Shown piece after piece: positions 1 through 13,341 of a DNA stretch of 64,000 bases. The stretch spans positions 168,454,001 through 168,518,000 of the forward strand of contig JBITNC010000001.1 of NCBI GenBank assembly GCA_050084985.1, given 5' to 3'. This DNA comes from Nageia nagi (lineage: Eukaryota; Plantae; Pinophyta). How positions within the stretch are numbered: position 1 is the stretch's first letter; each line of letters begins with the position of its first letter. Made by a program: the position numbers and the translations under genes. The notes beneath the pieces are model-generated. The model was not told where the DNA came from. It did no database searches and saw nothing but the letters and a program-made list of their open reading frames with translations.

Positions 1-1090
1 AAGTGATAGTGAAATAAATTATGTTTTTTTCACTTTATCTTTTAAATTTTCAATCTCAACCATCAATAAACATTTTACAATTTCCCAAGCACTTATCTCT
101 AACCAATATTTTTGTGGTACATTCTATAATCCTAGTCTTTGATATAAACTTTTAAAATTCGTAAAATATACAATAGGCCTACCCTATTTAAGAATATCAA
201 ATATAGTACAAAATTGTGTAAATTTTGTAGACCTTTTTGCATAGTAATTTTTTCAAAATGTGTTTCTAGTGTTCGACCTTTTTCTTGTAGATCTTGTTTT
301 TCTTTCATGTACCTTTCATATTCTACTTTATATCGTAAGTGATTACACTCATCTTCAATTTTATCCTTACAAGAATTAATTATTTTTTCCATTTTCATCT
401 ATTTTGTTGAAATATAATTTACCATAATGTTTTTGTATTGTATCTATTTTCAATTGCATTCGATGTTCTCTTTTTGTTGCCCAAAAATATATCTTACATT
501 TACACTCTGTTGGATCATTTCTATCACCAGGATCAATTGGTTCTATGAATGTATATTTTGCTACCAAATTGACCTAAAAACTCTTCCAATTGTCCATTTT
601 CCACTACATTTTCTTTTCAATTTTCTACTATTATTTTTTGTAGATTTATCTGTAGTTTTATCCATATATTTTTTTGAACTTTTATCTATAGACAGGTTAG
701 GAGGATTATCATCATGTAAAGGTGCTCCATCTATAGGGTACTCAACTAAAAATGGTTGTACATCAATTAGAGCAAAATCAGTTGGTACATGATTATTGGG
801 GTTTTTTGCATATGGAAATTAAAAATTTTTATTATTATTAATTAGACCAAATTTAGGTGAAACATGATTATTATTAGGTGGTATATCATTATAATCATAA
901 TGTATTTCCATATATCGAAATTAATAAATTTAGAATTTCAAGCCTTACATTAAAAATAATAGATAAGAAAAGTATTTGTATCAATTGAAGATGCTTGATG
1001 AGTTCCTCCATTTTGTGACTATCCATTAGGAAAATAAGATAACATATCCTTTTTTCATCCCCCTTTACTACTATTCTTAGAGTCCATAGA
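1..1090 (-). pseudogene. Degenerate hAT-superfamily (ZNF862/C17orf113-like) transposase, N-terminal part, runs off the window
   Basis: Manual minus-strand translation across frameshifts gives RVFRSxW-VAKYTFIEP...ECKCKIY...LKIDTIQKHYGK, then KFTQFCTIFDILK*GRPIVYF...NVPQKYWLEISAWEIVKC...FISLSL. This matches the R-F-x-x-W / CxxC zinc finger and the QF-xIFxxL-GRP ... KHW-xx-SGWE ... FISLSxDE pattern that precedes the first catalytic Asp in this family. Several stops and frameshifts. Confidence 0.7.
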
Positions 1091-1164
1091 ATTTGCAATT
1101 AACAATTGAATAAAAAAATTTAATATAATCGAAAATAGATAAAAATATAAACATGTTGAATAAT

Positions 1165-1730
1165 TAGCTACTATCCAATAAGAGTTGCTACCATATGGTT
1201 GCATTTTTTGCTACTGCTTGGTCAAGTTTGCAACATAATGCATCCGCATGGCAATAGTAGGTATAAGGTACCAAATAGTAGCAAGTTGCTATTGAATGGT
1301 AGCAGGTTTCCATCGAACTATAGAAAAATTGTAACTATTTAGTAGCAATGATTACTATCAAATGGTAGCAAGTTTTACTACCAAATGATAGCATGTTGCC
1401 ACTGAATGGTAGCAAATTGCAACTATATGGTAACAAGTTGCTACCATTCAATGGCAACTTGCTACCATTCAGTAGCAGTTTGTTGCCTCTACCAAATGGT
1501 AGCAGGTTTTACAATTGAATGGTAGCAAGGTCAGGTAGTAGTTTGCTACTAAATGGTAGCAAACTACAACCATCGAATAGTAACTTGCAATCATTTGATA
1601 ACAACCATCTAGTAGCTTACTACCATATGAAAGCACATGCCACCATGTGGGAGCATATGCCACCATTTGAAAGCACCATAGTTTGTTTAGAGACATCTGC
1701 TAAATTGCTACCATTCGATGGTAGATCTCA
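1165..1730. repeat. Array of short palindromic units (consensus TTGCTACCA-N2..4-TGGTAGCAA), probable subterminal repeats of the hAT element
   Basis: About 20 degenerate ~21-23 bp units, e.g. tactatcaaatggtagca, tgctactaaatggtagca, tgctaccattcgatggtaga, immediately upstream of the transposase relic. Confidence 0.75.
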
Positions 1731-2129
1731 ATTTTAAATGATGAAACATTATAAAATTTGAAATATGATCTTACCTATTATCGCAAATTTGTAACTCCTT
1801 TTAGATTCTGTAGTCTTCATTTACATGCTCTCACAAATATGGATATATCAAATATATTTTTTAATTTATGTATTTATATGGGAGGGATTTAATAAAAATA
1901 AAAATAATAATTTGTAATTTCAAGGTGAAGTTGACTAGCTATTATTTCAAAATTTTGGAGAATTAATAAAAATTTAATTTAAAATTTATTTTAGACTTGA
2001 CAACCAAGGCCCCAAAAAAAAAGTTAAATTTTTTTTTTGCAACTCAAATTCAGATCTAAACTAAAAAATTTACCATTTTGCAATTCCTAAAATTTGCTTA
2101 TAAGTAAATATTTGTGTCTAAAATGATCC

Positions 2130-4060
2130 TTGATATGAGGTTTTGCCTTCAACTACTTTTGTAGGACACCTATTTAGGGTGTATATTGTAGTGCTTAGAT
2201 CTTCACCCCATAAGAAGTTAGAAGATTTCCCAACATGTACCTCACCATTTATTAAATGGTTCTATTTTTTCTTTCAGCAACATCATTTTGTTAAGTTGAG
2301 TAAGGGATCATGAACTGCCTCTTGATCCTATGTTTGGAACAATAGTCATTGAAATCATTACTATTATATTTAACCCATTATTAGATCTCAACATCTTAAA
2401 TTTTGAAGCTAGAATGATTTTTAAGTAAGGCTTTGAAATCTTTGAACCTATCAAAGATTTGATCATTATGCTCTAAAAGATAACCAAATATCATCTTGTT
2501 GAATTCATTAATGAATTTCAATACATAAGATGCTCCCCCAAGTGACTTGGTTGGAAATAGACCCATCAAATTTAAATGCATAAGCTGAAGAGGTTATGTT
2601 GTCCTTGTTGCCTTATCTTTCTCAAAATTTTTCCTATTCATTTTGGCTATGATGGACTTCTCATAAAGACCAATTATGGGTGATATCATAGGAAAACCTT
2701 CCACAAGTTCTTGATCTTTCATAACTTGAATACTCTTATGGTTAAGGTGGCCTAATCAATGTTGCCAAAGATTTCCCCTAGAACAAACATTTATAGCAAA
2801 GCATGTTTTATTGAAGCTTGATCCATAATTTAGAGATCATATTTCATCGATCCTTTCACCAAAGTGTAAAGTCCCTTCTTCATGCACTAGGAGTGTGAGT
2901 TGAACTTGAATGAGTATCCTTTCCTTGCAACTTGAATTATGGAAAGAAGGTTCATATTGAGTTTAAGAACATATAGAACATTCTCAAGAACTTTTCCTTG
3001 CAATAACACACTCCCAATACCTTGAACTTCAAGGACTGAATTATCACCTTTCATAATTGCATCTTTTCTATACTTATGAAAATTTTCAAACTTAACCTTT
3101 TCAAAACACATGTGATTAGTGCACCCAAAGTCAAGAATTCAATCATTTGAAAAAGTATGAGCTTTGGAGTAATAAGCACAAACATAAGTAGATTTCTTAT
3201 TCTTCTTCTTGTAATTAAAATTGTTTGATTTTTTAGATCCTTTTATACCTTGTTCTTTCTTTTTCTTATAGCAATCATATTTATTATGACCATATATGCC
3301 ATAGAAATTACAATTGCCATCAAATTGGGCTTTGAATTTTCTTAACTTGTTGTTTCTATTATGCTATTTGTTTCCACCTTTATTGAAATCATTTTTCAGA
3401 ATATGAGTAGACTTCTTTTGGTTATTGAATTTTTTTTTGAAGTGAGTATTCATTAGTCATAGTTCCATATAATGCTCCTTAAGAGAGGGGATCAATATTT
3501 TTTGTGTTAAGTATTTGCTCGTGTTTCAAAAGAAGCCTTGAAATATTTTCCAAGGAGAACACTTCTTCTTCATCATCAAACCTCATCTCAATAACTATCA
3601 TGAAGTTACTGAATTTAAAAGAGAGGCTTTGAAGGATGATGAATACCATTAATTGATCATTGATCCAATTGCAACCACACCCAACAAGTTGGATGCTAAG
3701 TTCAATAATCTTGTTCAAATATATAGCCACACTTTCATTTTTCTCTTAATGTGATTGCAATGATTTCTAAATAATGGTGAACCTTCTAGAGAATTTGGTG
3801 GTGAAGTAGATTTTATTTAATCTATCACAAGCTTTCTTTATAGAGTTTTAAGAGGATATAATAATAATAACTTCATATAAAACTATATGAAATATGATAG
3901 AGGTTGCCAACTCATTCTTTATGTTGTAAGCCTTGAGTGCCTTATCATTTGTTAAAGCAACTTAGTCTTATTTATGATTTACCATAGTTTCTATACTTAA
4001 AGTTCTACTTTCATAGTAGGTTCCCAAATACCATAGTTGGAACTATTTAAAACATGCTAG
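2130..4060 (-). mobile_element. Degenerate Ty1/copia gag-protease-integrase (RT/RNaseH absent)
   Basis: Gag (YLNKIIELSIQL...MVFIILQSL, 3479-3730); zinc-knuckle remnant CNFYGIYGHNKYDC (~3270-3315); protease *ILDFGCTNHMC (~3100-3145); GAG-pre-integrase LWQH*LGHLN (~2740-2770); integrase HLNLMGLFPTKSLGGASY...QNDVAERK (2260-2590). Copia domain order, many stops. Confidence 0.9.
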
Positions 4061-6019
4061 AATGAAAAGAGTCTTGCTATAAAAAAGATGAAAGTATTAA
4101 CCAATGAAAGCATGTTAAATTTGAGAACCAAAATCAACCATACATGTTGAGTTTGATTATAAATAAATTATACATATTATTATACATGTTGAATTTTAAT
4201 TAAAGGCATGCTTAAATTAGTAATCAATTTCACATGTGCAAAAGGTTACACTCTCATCAAATCATATTTATTGTACATCCAACATTTTCTCATAACCAAG
4301 TAATATAGTTGTAGAGAGGGTAAAGTTGAGGCTTAGAGGCTTGTTTTTTTGTTTGAAATTAGGCCTTCAACTAGATGCCTACATAGTAGAGCCCAAGTTC
4401 TACCAATCTTGAACCAATTTGCCTTGGTCAACAATATACTCTCATAAGGATGAGTACTAGCTATTTTTCAAGGTTGTGACATATGTTGGATCGACCAAAT
4501 TATTATCTTGATTGGGTTTTCAAGTTATCCTACTAAGTTATTAGGATAATCTCTAAATGGATGGACAAATATTTAGTATTACTACACACATATTTTTCCA
4601 CATATATGGAGTTATGTCCAGACCAACAAAGGACTTAGGGGCAATTAAGAAGTACAAACTTTTCACCACTTGGATCGATGAACTAGAAAACTCTAGTCTA
4701 CCTTGTCCTCAACTCGTGGCTTCCCAAATAAGTCATGTTGTGGAATAAAACATGCAAACATGTTCATTTTAGGGGAAGAAATTTCAATATTTATGATTTT
4801 TGCAAAATATAAAGTAAAGGAGCATAAAGTAAAGTGCTTAAAATGAAACATCATTCAAAAATTGAAACATATGATACCTCATTCAAAATGAAATCTAAGA
4901 GTATCCAATATGTTTTATCACAACCCAAAGAAGACCTCTTTATAAAATTTGCATGAGTTTATTATTTTTAAGTAACAATAAAACAAGGAGTCCTCCCCCT
5001 TTATTAATACTATCTCAAAAATTTACTTAAAAATTAATACCTTGTTTCAAGGTCTCCCCCTTAATTTTTGAAAAAGAATGCTTAAATTTTTCCCTTTAAT
5101 TTTTGAGTAAAAATACTCTTAAAAGATTCACCCCTTCAAAAAATTAACTCCCATTTGAAAAAATTATACAAAAAAGGAATTTTCTCCCATTTAAAAATTA
5201 ATTAAGCTCTCCCTTATTTTAAAAAAAGGCTTAGAATTTCCCTTAATATTAACATTGTTTTAAAGATAATTCTCAAAATTTTAAATAACTTCCTATATCC
5301 ACCTCCCTTTAAAAAAAAAAATTAAGATCTAAAGAACTCCCCACTTTAAAATAATATCCCCCTTTTTTTAAAAAAAAAAGATATATATATATATATAGCT
5401 CTCCACTTTAAAAAAAAATACATGATTGTATTAAAAAATAAACTTAAAAAAAAGGTGTCCCAAAAAATAAATGTTGATAAGCCTTTTTTCTAAGACTTAC
5501 AAGTGCAATTAATGCATTGTGAAAAGGTAAATTCCAAATTTTAATCATCTATCTCATCACATCAACAAGGAAATAGAATTGTTTCATTAAAAGGGAAAAA
5601 AGCTCCATTTGAAATATGACTTCATCAAAATTTAATCATTCAATAATGTTTATAAAAACTTGTAACATATATAAAAAATTGGGATAAGTATGAAATGGAT
5701 AAAATGTATAGAGGGGGGAGGTGGTTTTTGGAAGTGAGAAGCAAGAGGGGATGGCACTATGAAGGCCATGTAGTGGTGGTTTAGAGGTTGGAGTTTCCTT
5801 ACGATATCATGGCTGATATGGGGTGTTGGGTGTTTAAGTGGACTAGTAGTGGACAAAAGTGCATAATGGGGAAGGGAACGTGCATGATGGGTGGTTGATA
5901 AATGGCCAATGGGTGGGAGGGTTTCTAGGTTTATGCAGGCATTGTAGGGCGAAGGAAGGGAGGTTCCTTTAGATAATTATGTGATGAGGGGGTGATGGTG
6001 CTATAATTGCTCCTTATAT

Positions 6020-6029
<10 letters not shown>

Positions 6030-6072
<43 letters not shown>

Positions 6073-6075
6073 CAT
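6030..6075. repeat. (CA)n microsatellite
   Basis: Direct read of a cacaca... tract. Confidence 0.95.
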
Positions 6076-6986
6076 ATATATATTATGTTTTACAAAAAAA
6101 ATTACACTTTAATGGATGGTAGCATGAGTTGGGGAATGGTTGCACCTGTGAAGCAATCAACATTGGGTTCAAAAGGGTATGGAAGGTGAAATGAGTAGGT
6201 TCGAGTGCTCAATGGATTTATTATTATTATTGTTCTTTATTTCAAATAGAAAACAAAAGAATGGCAAGTGGCAATGGTGATTGTTGGCTGCTACCGTGAT
6301 TTTTTTATTTATATAAAAAAAATTACACCCTCTTTTTCATTGTAACTTCATAAAATATATGCTAGAAAATATGTGTTTTTGAACAAATATCTCTTTTTAT
6401 CAAATAATATACATATATAGTTATTTATCATATGCTCTATAATATTTTTTTAAAATATAGCAAAAAAAATATGTTTTGACATATTATCATAAAAAATGCA
6501 TATAAAAAGTATCTCCTCTTCTTATTTGGCATTTTTTTTTTAAATTGCAAGAAATAACCTTTATTTCAATAATGACACCTTTGTAGTAAAGTTGTGAAAT
6601 TAAAAGAATTGTAATTTTTTAACCTTCCTACATAAACTATTAGTGTAAAAAATTGCAAATTTAAACTATAACAAAATTCATGAAAAATATTACAACACCT
6701 TATTGCTATATTCTAAGACACTTTACTCAAAAAATTTACAACTAACAAAATGATGTTAGTAAAAACGTTGTATAGCAATAACATGTAAGTAATTAAAAAA
6801 ACAAAATGAACTAACATGTAGTAAAAATATGTTAGTATAATTGAAAATAATCCAAAAAAATGAAGGAGAGATAAAGGTTATACCTTAAAATCGATTTTAC
6901 TTCAAAAATGAAGTAGGAAGAGGAGCCTCCAAGTTGGAAGGAGTAGGAATCATCTCCAAAATGTTGAAGAGGAGCCTTCAATAATG

Positions 6987-7553
6987 GCTCTAGATACCAC
7001 TTGAGAGAACTAAGCCTAATAGAATAAAATCCTATTCTACCAAGATCTTATGAAAGCTCACTAAAACATCAACATAATAGCATAACACAATAGCCAATCT
7101 CACAAATTTAACACCAATATAAAGTGGTTCCTCAAATCATGGAAATACATCCACTAATCTAAGATCTTTATTCTCAAAGTGCACTCCCTTACAACAATTC
7201 TTCATACTTCTCCTAACAATCTTAAAGCATAGAAATACTATAAACTTGAGTGAGTAATCTGAAGGAGTGGGCCCTCTATTTATAGGCCAAAATCCTCCCT
7301 TGGATCATTCTTTTAACCATTGTAAACATCATGTCACGCACCACCCTTTTACCCCAGAGGCATGCACATGGGATGGAGTGTAGGACAAGTTACATTATTT
7401 TTTTCATAAATACTTAAAAGGTATTTAGAGATTTTTTAAGTATTATTGACTTTACATTACCTTATTCACTAAATACCTAAGGTATGTAGGATAGCTTTAA
7501 GTATTAAGTGATTTTACATTAATATACCTTACAATATTGCATTATACTTACCA
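6987..7553 (-). mobile_element. Copia-type 5' LTR (7002-7553) with tRNA-Met-like PBS (6987-6999)
   Basis: gctctagatacca is the reverse complement of TGGTATC(T)AGAGC and lies next to TG at 7002. It contains ccctctatttatag (TATA on the minus strand) and is clearly similar to the solo LTR at 19560-20016. May be the 5' LTR of the copia at 2130-4060. Confidence 0.7.
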
Positions 7554-7559
7554 TGGCTC

Positions 7560-8200
7560 TTCTAGAAATCCTTGGTTGCTTTTCCATTTCTCCATATACA
7601 AAGGCTGAGATATTCATCTTTGTTCCTTTCAAGTGATTCAAGAAATTGAAATGGGTTTGTAGTATCTAGAGTGATGAACTGCATAATAACTAGGGTGTTT
7701 TTTGGTCATGGCTTAGGAAATGAAATACATGCTACTCTACCATGCTTCTCGCATTGTAATTATAGTCCACCTTTAAAAAACTTAGCGAGCTTCATTTTCA
7801 AGCTATGATTATCATGCCTCATCATTTCACATGAAAATATCAACCCTATAACCTTTTCTAAGAGCTTTTGATTTACCTAAAAATCAATGCCAAAAACCTT
7901 CACATCCCCACCCTTCCAACCCTCCAAAAATTTCCTCAAGATTTGCTCATATGGTCATTAAACTTCTCCAAAAAGTTTAATAGCCCTCCTAGTTCCAGAA
8001 TGATTTTGATGGTCAAAGATACATTCACCCTCCTTAGCTCTAGGAAAAAGTATGATCTATCCATATCCATTTTACATTTGGATGCCATGGCTTAGGAGCT
8101 GCACTACATCTATTTCTTGCAAGCAAGCAAGCCAATATTAAAATAATCTTAGGTCTACCCACCTTAGGTTTATGCCTCACATTAAGTCCTTGGTCACTTA
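7560..8200 (-). mobile_element. Possible very degenerate LINE endonuclease remnant
   Basis: Minus-strand QGLNVRHK...CLQEI resembles the RGLN...CLQETK motif of APE endonucleases. The rest is too decayed to read. Confidence 0.3.
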
Positions 8201-8844
8201 AAATATTAGTCATAGTATTAATTCATGAATTATGATCCATATCATGTAAAATGATGCCACCCCTGGTTAGATGAACAACATGTGTCCACCTCCACATCAC
8301 ATCCCTCCAACACATCTCACTAGCTATATTCTAATAGGGTCTATAGTTGGTGATGTTAGAGAAAGTCATTTTCAATGTCGCATTAGAAAAGTTGATAATC
8401 TTCTTCAACAACCTCAAAATCTAATAATGGGACCCTATTGACTATGATGTGAATAGTCTAGAAGCTATCATGATCACGAGAGAGCTCATCACTCCCAAGT
8501 CATTTGTAATCCACCAATTAGTGTGTACTAACACATCCTCCTTATAATATGCATGATTTTATTTAGTATGAATTCCTAATATGGGTCCATCTTCTCATAG
8601 CCCATAGCCTCATGTTATCCACTTATTGATCACCTCCCTAATCTTGCTAGCTCACCTTTCTAATCTAGCCCAAAGCCTTCCCATCAAACGAAGTCCCCCT
8701 CTTTCAAATTCAAAAGATAATGTTCTCTTCTAATATGAAAAGGAGGAGACCCTCCTAGTCTCTTTTATTTAGTTCATCCTAATCCTCCTTAGCTAAGAAC
8801 TCAATTCAATCAAGAAAATCAGTCTCCCAAACTATTAATTCCTC

Positions 8845-9245
8845 CATGTTCATCGCTTCATTAGCTATCTGATCTTCCATCTAATTAGCCTCCCAATAAT
8901 TATGGTGAATGGTGATATTCTTCATATCATTGATGATTCACTTAGACTCCTCCATCATATTGTTGATATCCCACCCTGATAGATACTGCCCCTTAAAAAT
9001 GTTAATAATGTTCAGTGAGTCTTTTATAATAACTAAATTGGTATAATTACATCTATGAATCATATAAAGAATAATAAACGCCACCCTCACCTCCACAAAA
9101 TGGCTTATCTAGTGGCTTAATGGTTCTACCATAATCAATATAATTCTTGCTAGATGGTCTCTCACCACTCTTGCTACCCCATCTGAGCCTCAATTACCTT
9201 TAGAGGAGCCATCAAAATTGATAGCCAGCCAACCAATAGGCAGAT
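8845..9245 (-). mobile_element. Plant L1 LINE-type RNase H domain (RVT_3), pseudogenised
   Basis: PIGWLAINFDGSSKGN*GSDGVARVVRDH...LVIIKDSLNIINIFKG...HNYWEAN*MEDQIANEA matches GWxKxNFDGASKGNPG...EGDS...HxYREANxxADxLA. Confidence 0.85.
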
Positions 9246-9364
9246 ATCTCTAATAGAATTTCTTTTGAGGGTGTTGTTCAATATGATAAATTGTTCACTC
9301 CAATGTCTAGTTCAATAAGATTGGAGCATATTTTCATGACAACTTATCATTTGTGAAATATTAT

Positions 9365-11080
9365 TTAATTAAGGAGATCAATTATGTATTGTTTATATAT
9401 TATTATCCCTTCTTAACATCATTATCATATCTTTATCCATATTACAATATATACATTTTTATGATAAATGAGTAAATATTTATAAATAAATAAAAGTGGA
9501 TAAGTTTTAACACAATCCTTAAACCTATTACAAAATATATATTAATGAGTATGAGGTGGGCCATATTATAGCTACATTTTGGCTATGTTTTCATTCATTA
9601 TCAATTGGTTTGACCATTTCCAAACCACCCCTCAAAAATATTCTAATGAGACCCTATTAGAAATATGCCAAAAATAGGACAATACTACTATTCATTATAT
9701 GTGTATAACCCTTACATATTAATCTTCCTTATCATTCAACTACATTCTAAATTTTTTCAAGTTGGAGAGGAATTTCATTAACTTTTAGTTTCTTTGATTA
9801 TCCTTTTTCGTAGCTCCTTCTAGGGCTAGGTACCAAGGGTAGGGATCTCCTCCTACCTATCCTTCTATATTGCATTATGTTATGAATCCTTACCCTCTTT
9901 ACTATACTATAGTAGAAGTAGGATGATGTTTGAATCCAGGGTTATGGGATATATAAAAGCCTCAAGGGCCTCCTTGGCCTGGATGAAATCATTCTCATTA
10001 TAGACTTGTGTTAGCCTCTTCTTCATTTCCTTCTCTACTTGAATTTTATTTTTTTGTTGATGAGCCTTTCCTAGCCTCCACTTTCCTTATTTTATTGTGA
10101 TATCTCTTGATGTTGGACTTATTTATCACCTTGAGAGAGAATGATGAAGCTTAGGTAGGGATCTTAGTTAGTATATTTAACCCTTAATTTGAAGCCTTAT
10201 TCATTTCTTGATTGTAGCTCTTTTTTCCCAACACTTTACCCTATCTTTTGCATGTTTCCTTTTATGTCCTTCTTCTTTGTGGTTTTGGGAATTTCATCTT
10301 TATAAGCTCTTTCCCTTTTCCTTTTTCTTTGTTCTTCTTTAGTTCCACAAAAACCTATTCATGGTTGATTATAAGTAGCTACTCAATACATAATCATTAT
10401 TAAACATTGATGGCTATGGGCATATAGTTTACCTTTTTTACCATCTTGATTGAATTCCTCAATGAATCTAATAAGAATAAGGGGAAATTGATTTTTCATT
10501 CCTTGGTCTTTCTAAAATGATTATGCAATAAAATGTGGGGCTTAAAGATAATAATGTACCTGCCATCAAGCATGAAATATATGATGATCCATGTCATCAT
10601 TCTTTCATATATCTTTGGTAAGCAATCTTTGAGATAACCCAACCTGGAGTTCACCAATACCTCTCCTTATTCCAAAGGCATGAACTCTTAGGTAATATTT
10701 TCCTTCCTTTGGAACCATATCCCTTCATCATTCATCATTGTAGACTTTGTTATGACTTCCATGTTGAAGGTTACATCAATTAAGCCCACCTTAGCTTTGT
10801 TCCCATCCCTTGCATCAACTTCTCTCTTAGGTTAAAATTCATCATGTCTTTGGGATTATTTAAAAAAACTAGTAATACCTCATTCTCAAAATCCCCCCCA
10901 AATACTTCTTGTCTTGCTTGGCCTCTTTATGATTATTGGGTTCAACTCTATATGCCAAACCCATCATTCCTTTACCTTCTCATTTACCCAAATGTAATAA
11001 GAACAAATTCCTTAACTGATATATCCTCTTCATTTGACTACTACCTTGGGAATTGATTAACACACTATGTGTTATTGTGT
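9365..11080 (-). mobile_element. Retrotransposon-derived segment with a decayed accessory ORF, copy 1
   Basis: 9365-10620 aligns by eye with 12070-13340. Minus-strand YFMLDGRYIIIFKPHILLHNHFRK...INFPLFLLDSL resembles the accessory ORFs of plant LTR elements. Confidence 0.55.
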
Positions 11081-12069
11081 GCCAACCAATCCTTTCATAG
11101 GCGGGGTGGCTTGGGGAGAGTACAATCATGCAATATGATCATTAGATTTGCTAAGAGCTTCTAATTTTTTCATTTAATTTAACTTTATCCTAATTTGTAC
11201 CTTTTTGGTAATGTACTCATTGAGTGTTATTTATAATTTGATTCAAAATTGCAAAATGTTGATAAGAGCCTTTCAAAATCCACTTGTTTATCTTGGTGTG
11301 TACTTCTCCCCTAGTGAGCATTAATATTGAATTGTAAAAGGTTGAATCTATTCAATAAAAAAAAATTCAATGAACAATTAGTGTTAATAAAAATAGAGTT
11401 AACATTAATTTTAACTTAATGTTCACATATTTTAAAAAATTAATACATGTTTACATGTATATAACTTTGCAAAAATCATAGGATGAGAAGAACGAAATCA
11501 TACACATCATTATTTTATTTCTTTGGGGCCAAATATATGATTTATTTTTTCTTTGGTTAACTTAAATATCTTATATTTTACATATTTTATACTTTACATT
11601 ATATATTTTATGAACAATTGATTAGTGCATTGCATGAGGTCAATTTTCATGTTAATAAAGGAAACATGGTCATGTTGACTTAAGCATGATCATGTTTTGG
11701 TGCTAGCATATTATATGTTTTAGGATAGTTTGCATTTACTAAGATCATCTACTTGATTATTAGGGTTTATTATGCATTGGCTAAGAAATATACTACTCAA
11801 ACACAATTTCAATATGTATAAGATGAGCATTGAATCATGTAACTTTCATACATCAACTTAATATGTCAAAACCATACAAATATCTTATTCAAATTAGATA
11901 TCTTATGCAAATTAGAATATAATGTATAGGATTTGGATTTTTTATTGATATTTTGATATTATAATTTTTTTACATTTGGCACTATCGACATCATACACAC
12001 TTACTTAGAATTCACTTGTTTGCAAGTTATACGTTGCAATTTCATGACTACTTGTTATTTGTCAAATAT

Positions 12070-13341
12070 TATATTAAGGGGCTCAATTATATATTATTTA
12101 TATATTGTATTACCTTGTTTACATAATTATCCTACATTTATCAATATTATAATATATATTTTTTGATAAACAAGTAAACATTTATTGAAAAAAGCGAACA
12201 AGTTTTAACTGTGTCCATAAAATTGTTAAAAAAGATATATCAATGAGTATCAAGTAGGCCATGTTATATCTATGTTTAGGCTATGATATCATAAATTATT
12301 AGGTGGTTTGAACATGTGTAGAACACTCATAAAAAAGATTCTAATTATACCCTATCAAAAATATATCATAAAATATAACAATACTTCTATCTAGTATATG
12401 GGCATAACCCTTACATATTAGTCTTCCTTATCCTTTGATTACATTCTAACTTATTTCAATCTAAAAATAAATTTCATTAGCTTTTGGGATTATATATTCA
12501 TATCTTTCTTTGTATTCCCCTTTATATTTTATCCCATTATCCTCTTTCTCAACTCCATTTAAGGTTAGGTACCAAGGGTATGGATCTCCTCCTACCTATT
12601 CTTATGTGTTGTTTTATGGTATGACTCCTTACCCTCTTCATTGTACCATAGTGGAAGAAGGATAATGTTTAGGTATAGGGTTATGAGATCTAAAAAATTC
12701 TTATGAGCCTCCTTTGATTAGAAGAAATCATTCTCATTTTATACTTGTGCTAGCCTCTCCTTCATTTGTTTCTCTTATTAAATTTTGTTCTCTTAGATGG
12801 GCCATTTCAAGCCCTATATCTCTTAATATTGGCCTTATTTATAAACTTGGTAGAGAATGATGAAGCTTGGGTGGAAATCTTAGTCTATACATTCAACTCT
12901 TAATCCAAATACTTGCTTCTCTTCTTGATTGTAGCCCTACTCTTTTCACCTAACACTTCATCCAATCTTATGCTTTCTTTTTTTACCTTCTACTTCATGG
13001 GTTTGGGGAGCTTATCCTTTAGAACTCTTGTCCTTTTCCTTTATCTTGCTTCTTCTTTAGTTCCTAATAAGGCCTATTACTTGTTGATAATAGGTATCTA
13101 GTCAATACATAATCATAATTAAACCCTAATTGCTAAGGGTATCTAATTTGTACCCTTCTTTATAATCTTGATCAAATTCCTAAATGAATCCAATAATAAT
13201 AAAGGGAAATTGATTTTTCATTCCTTGATCTTTTTAAAATATTTAAGCAACAAAATGTTGGGGGCTAAAGATAATAGTATGCCTTCCATCAAGCATGAAA
13301 TATATGATGATCCATATCATCATTTTATCCCAAGACTTTGG
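12070..13341 (-). mobile_element. Second diverged copy of the 9365-10620 segment, truncated at the telomere-like array
   Basis: Shared blocks such as ggtaccaagggta..gatctcctcctacctat, agagaatgatgaagctt and gggaaattgatttttcattccttg in the same order. Confidence 0.8.

Noticed and set aside
1165-1730. CRISPR array or coding ORFs 1469-1696 and 1519-1737
   Set aside because: The units are contiguous without unique spacers, and the ORFs are by-products of the repeat.
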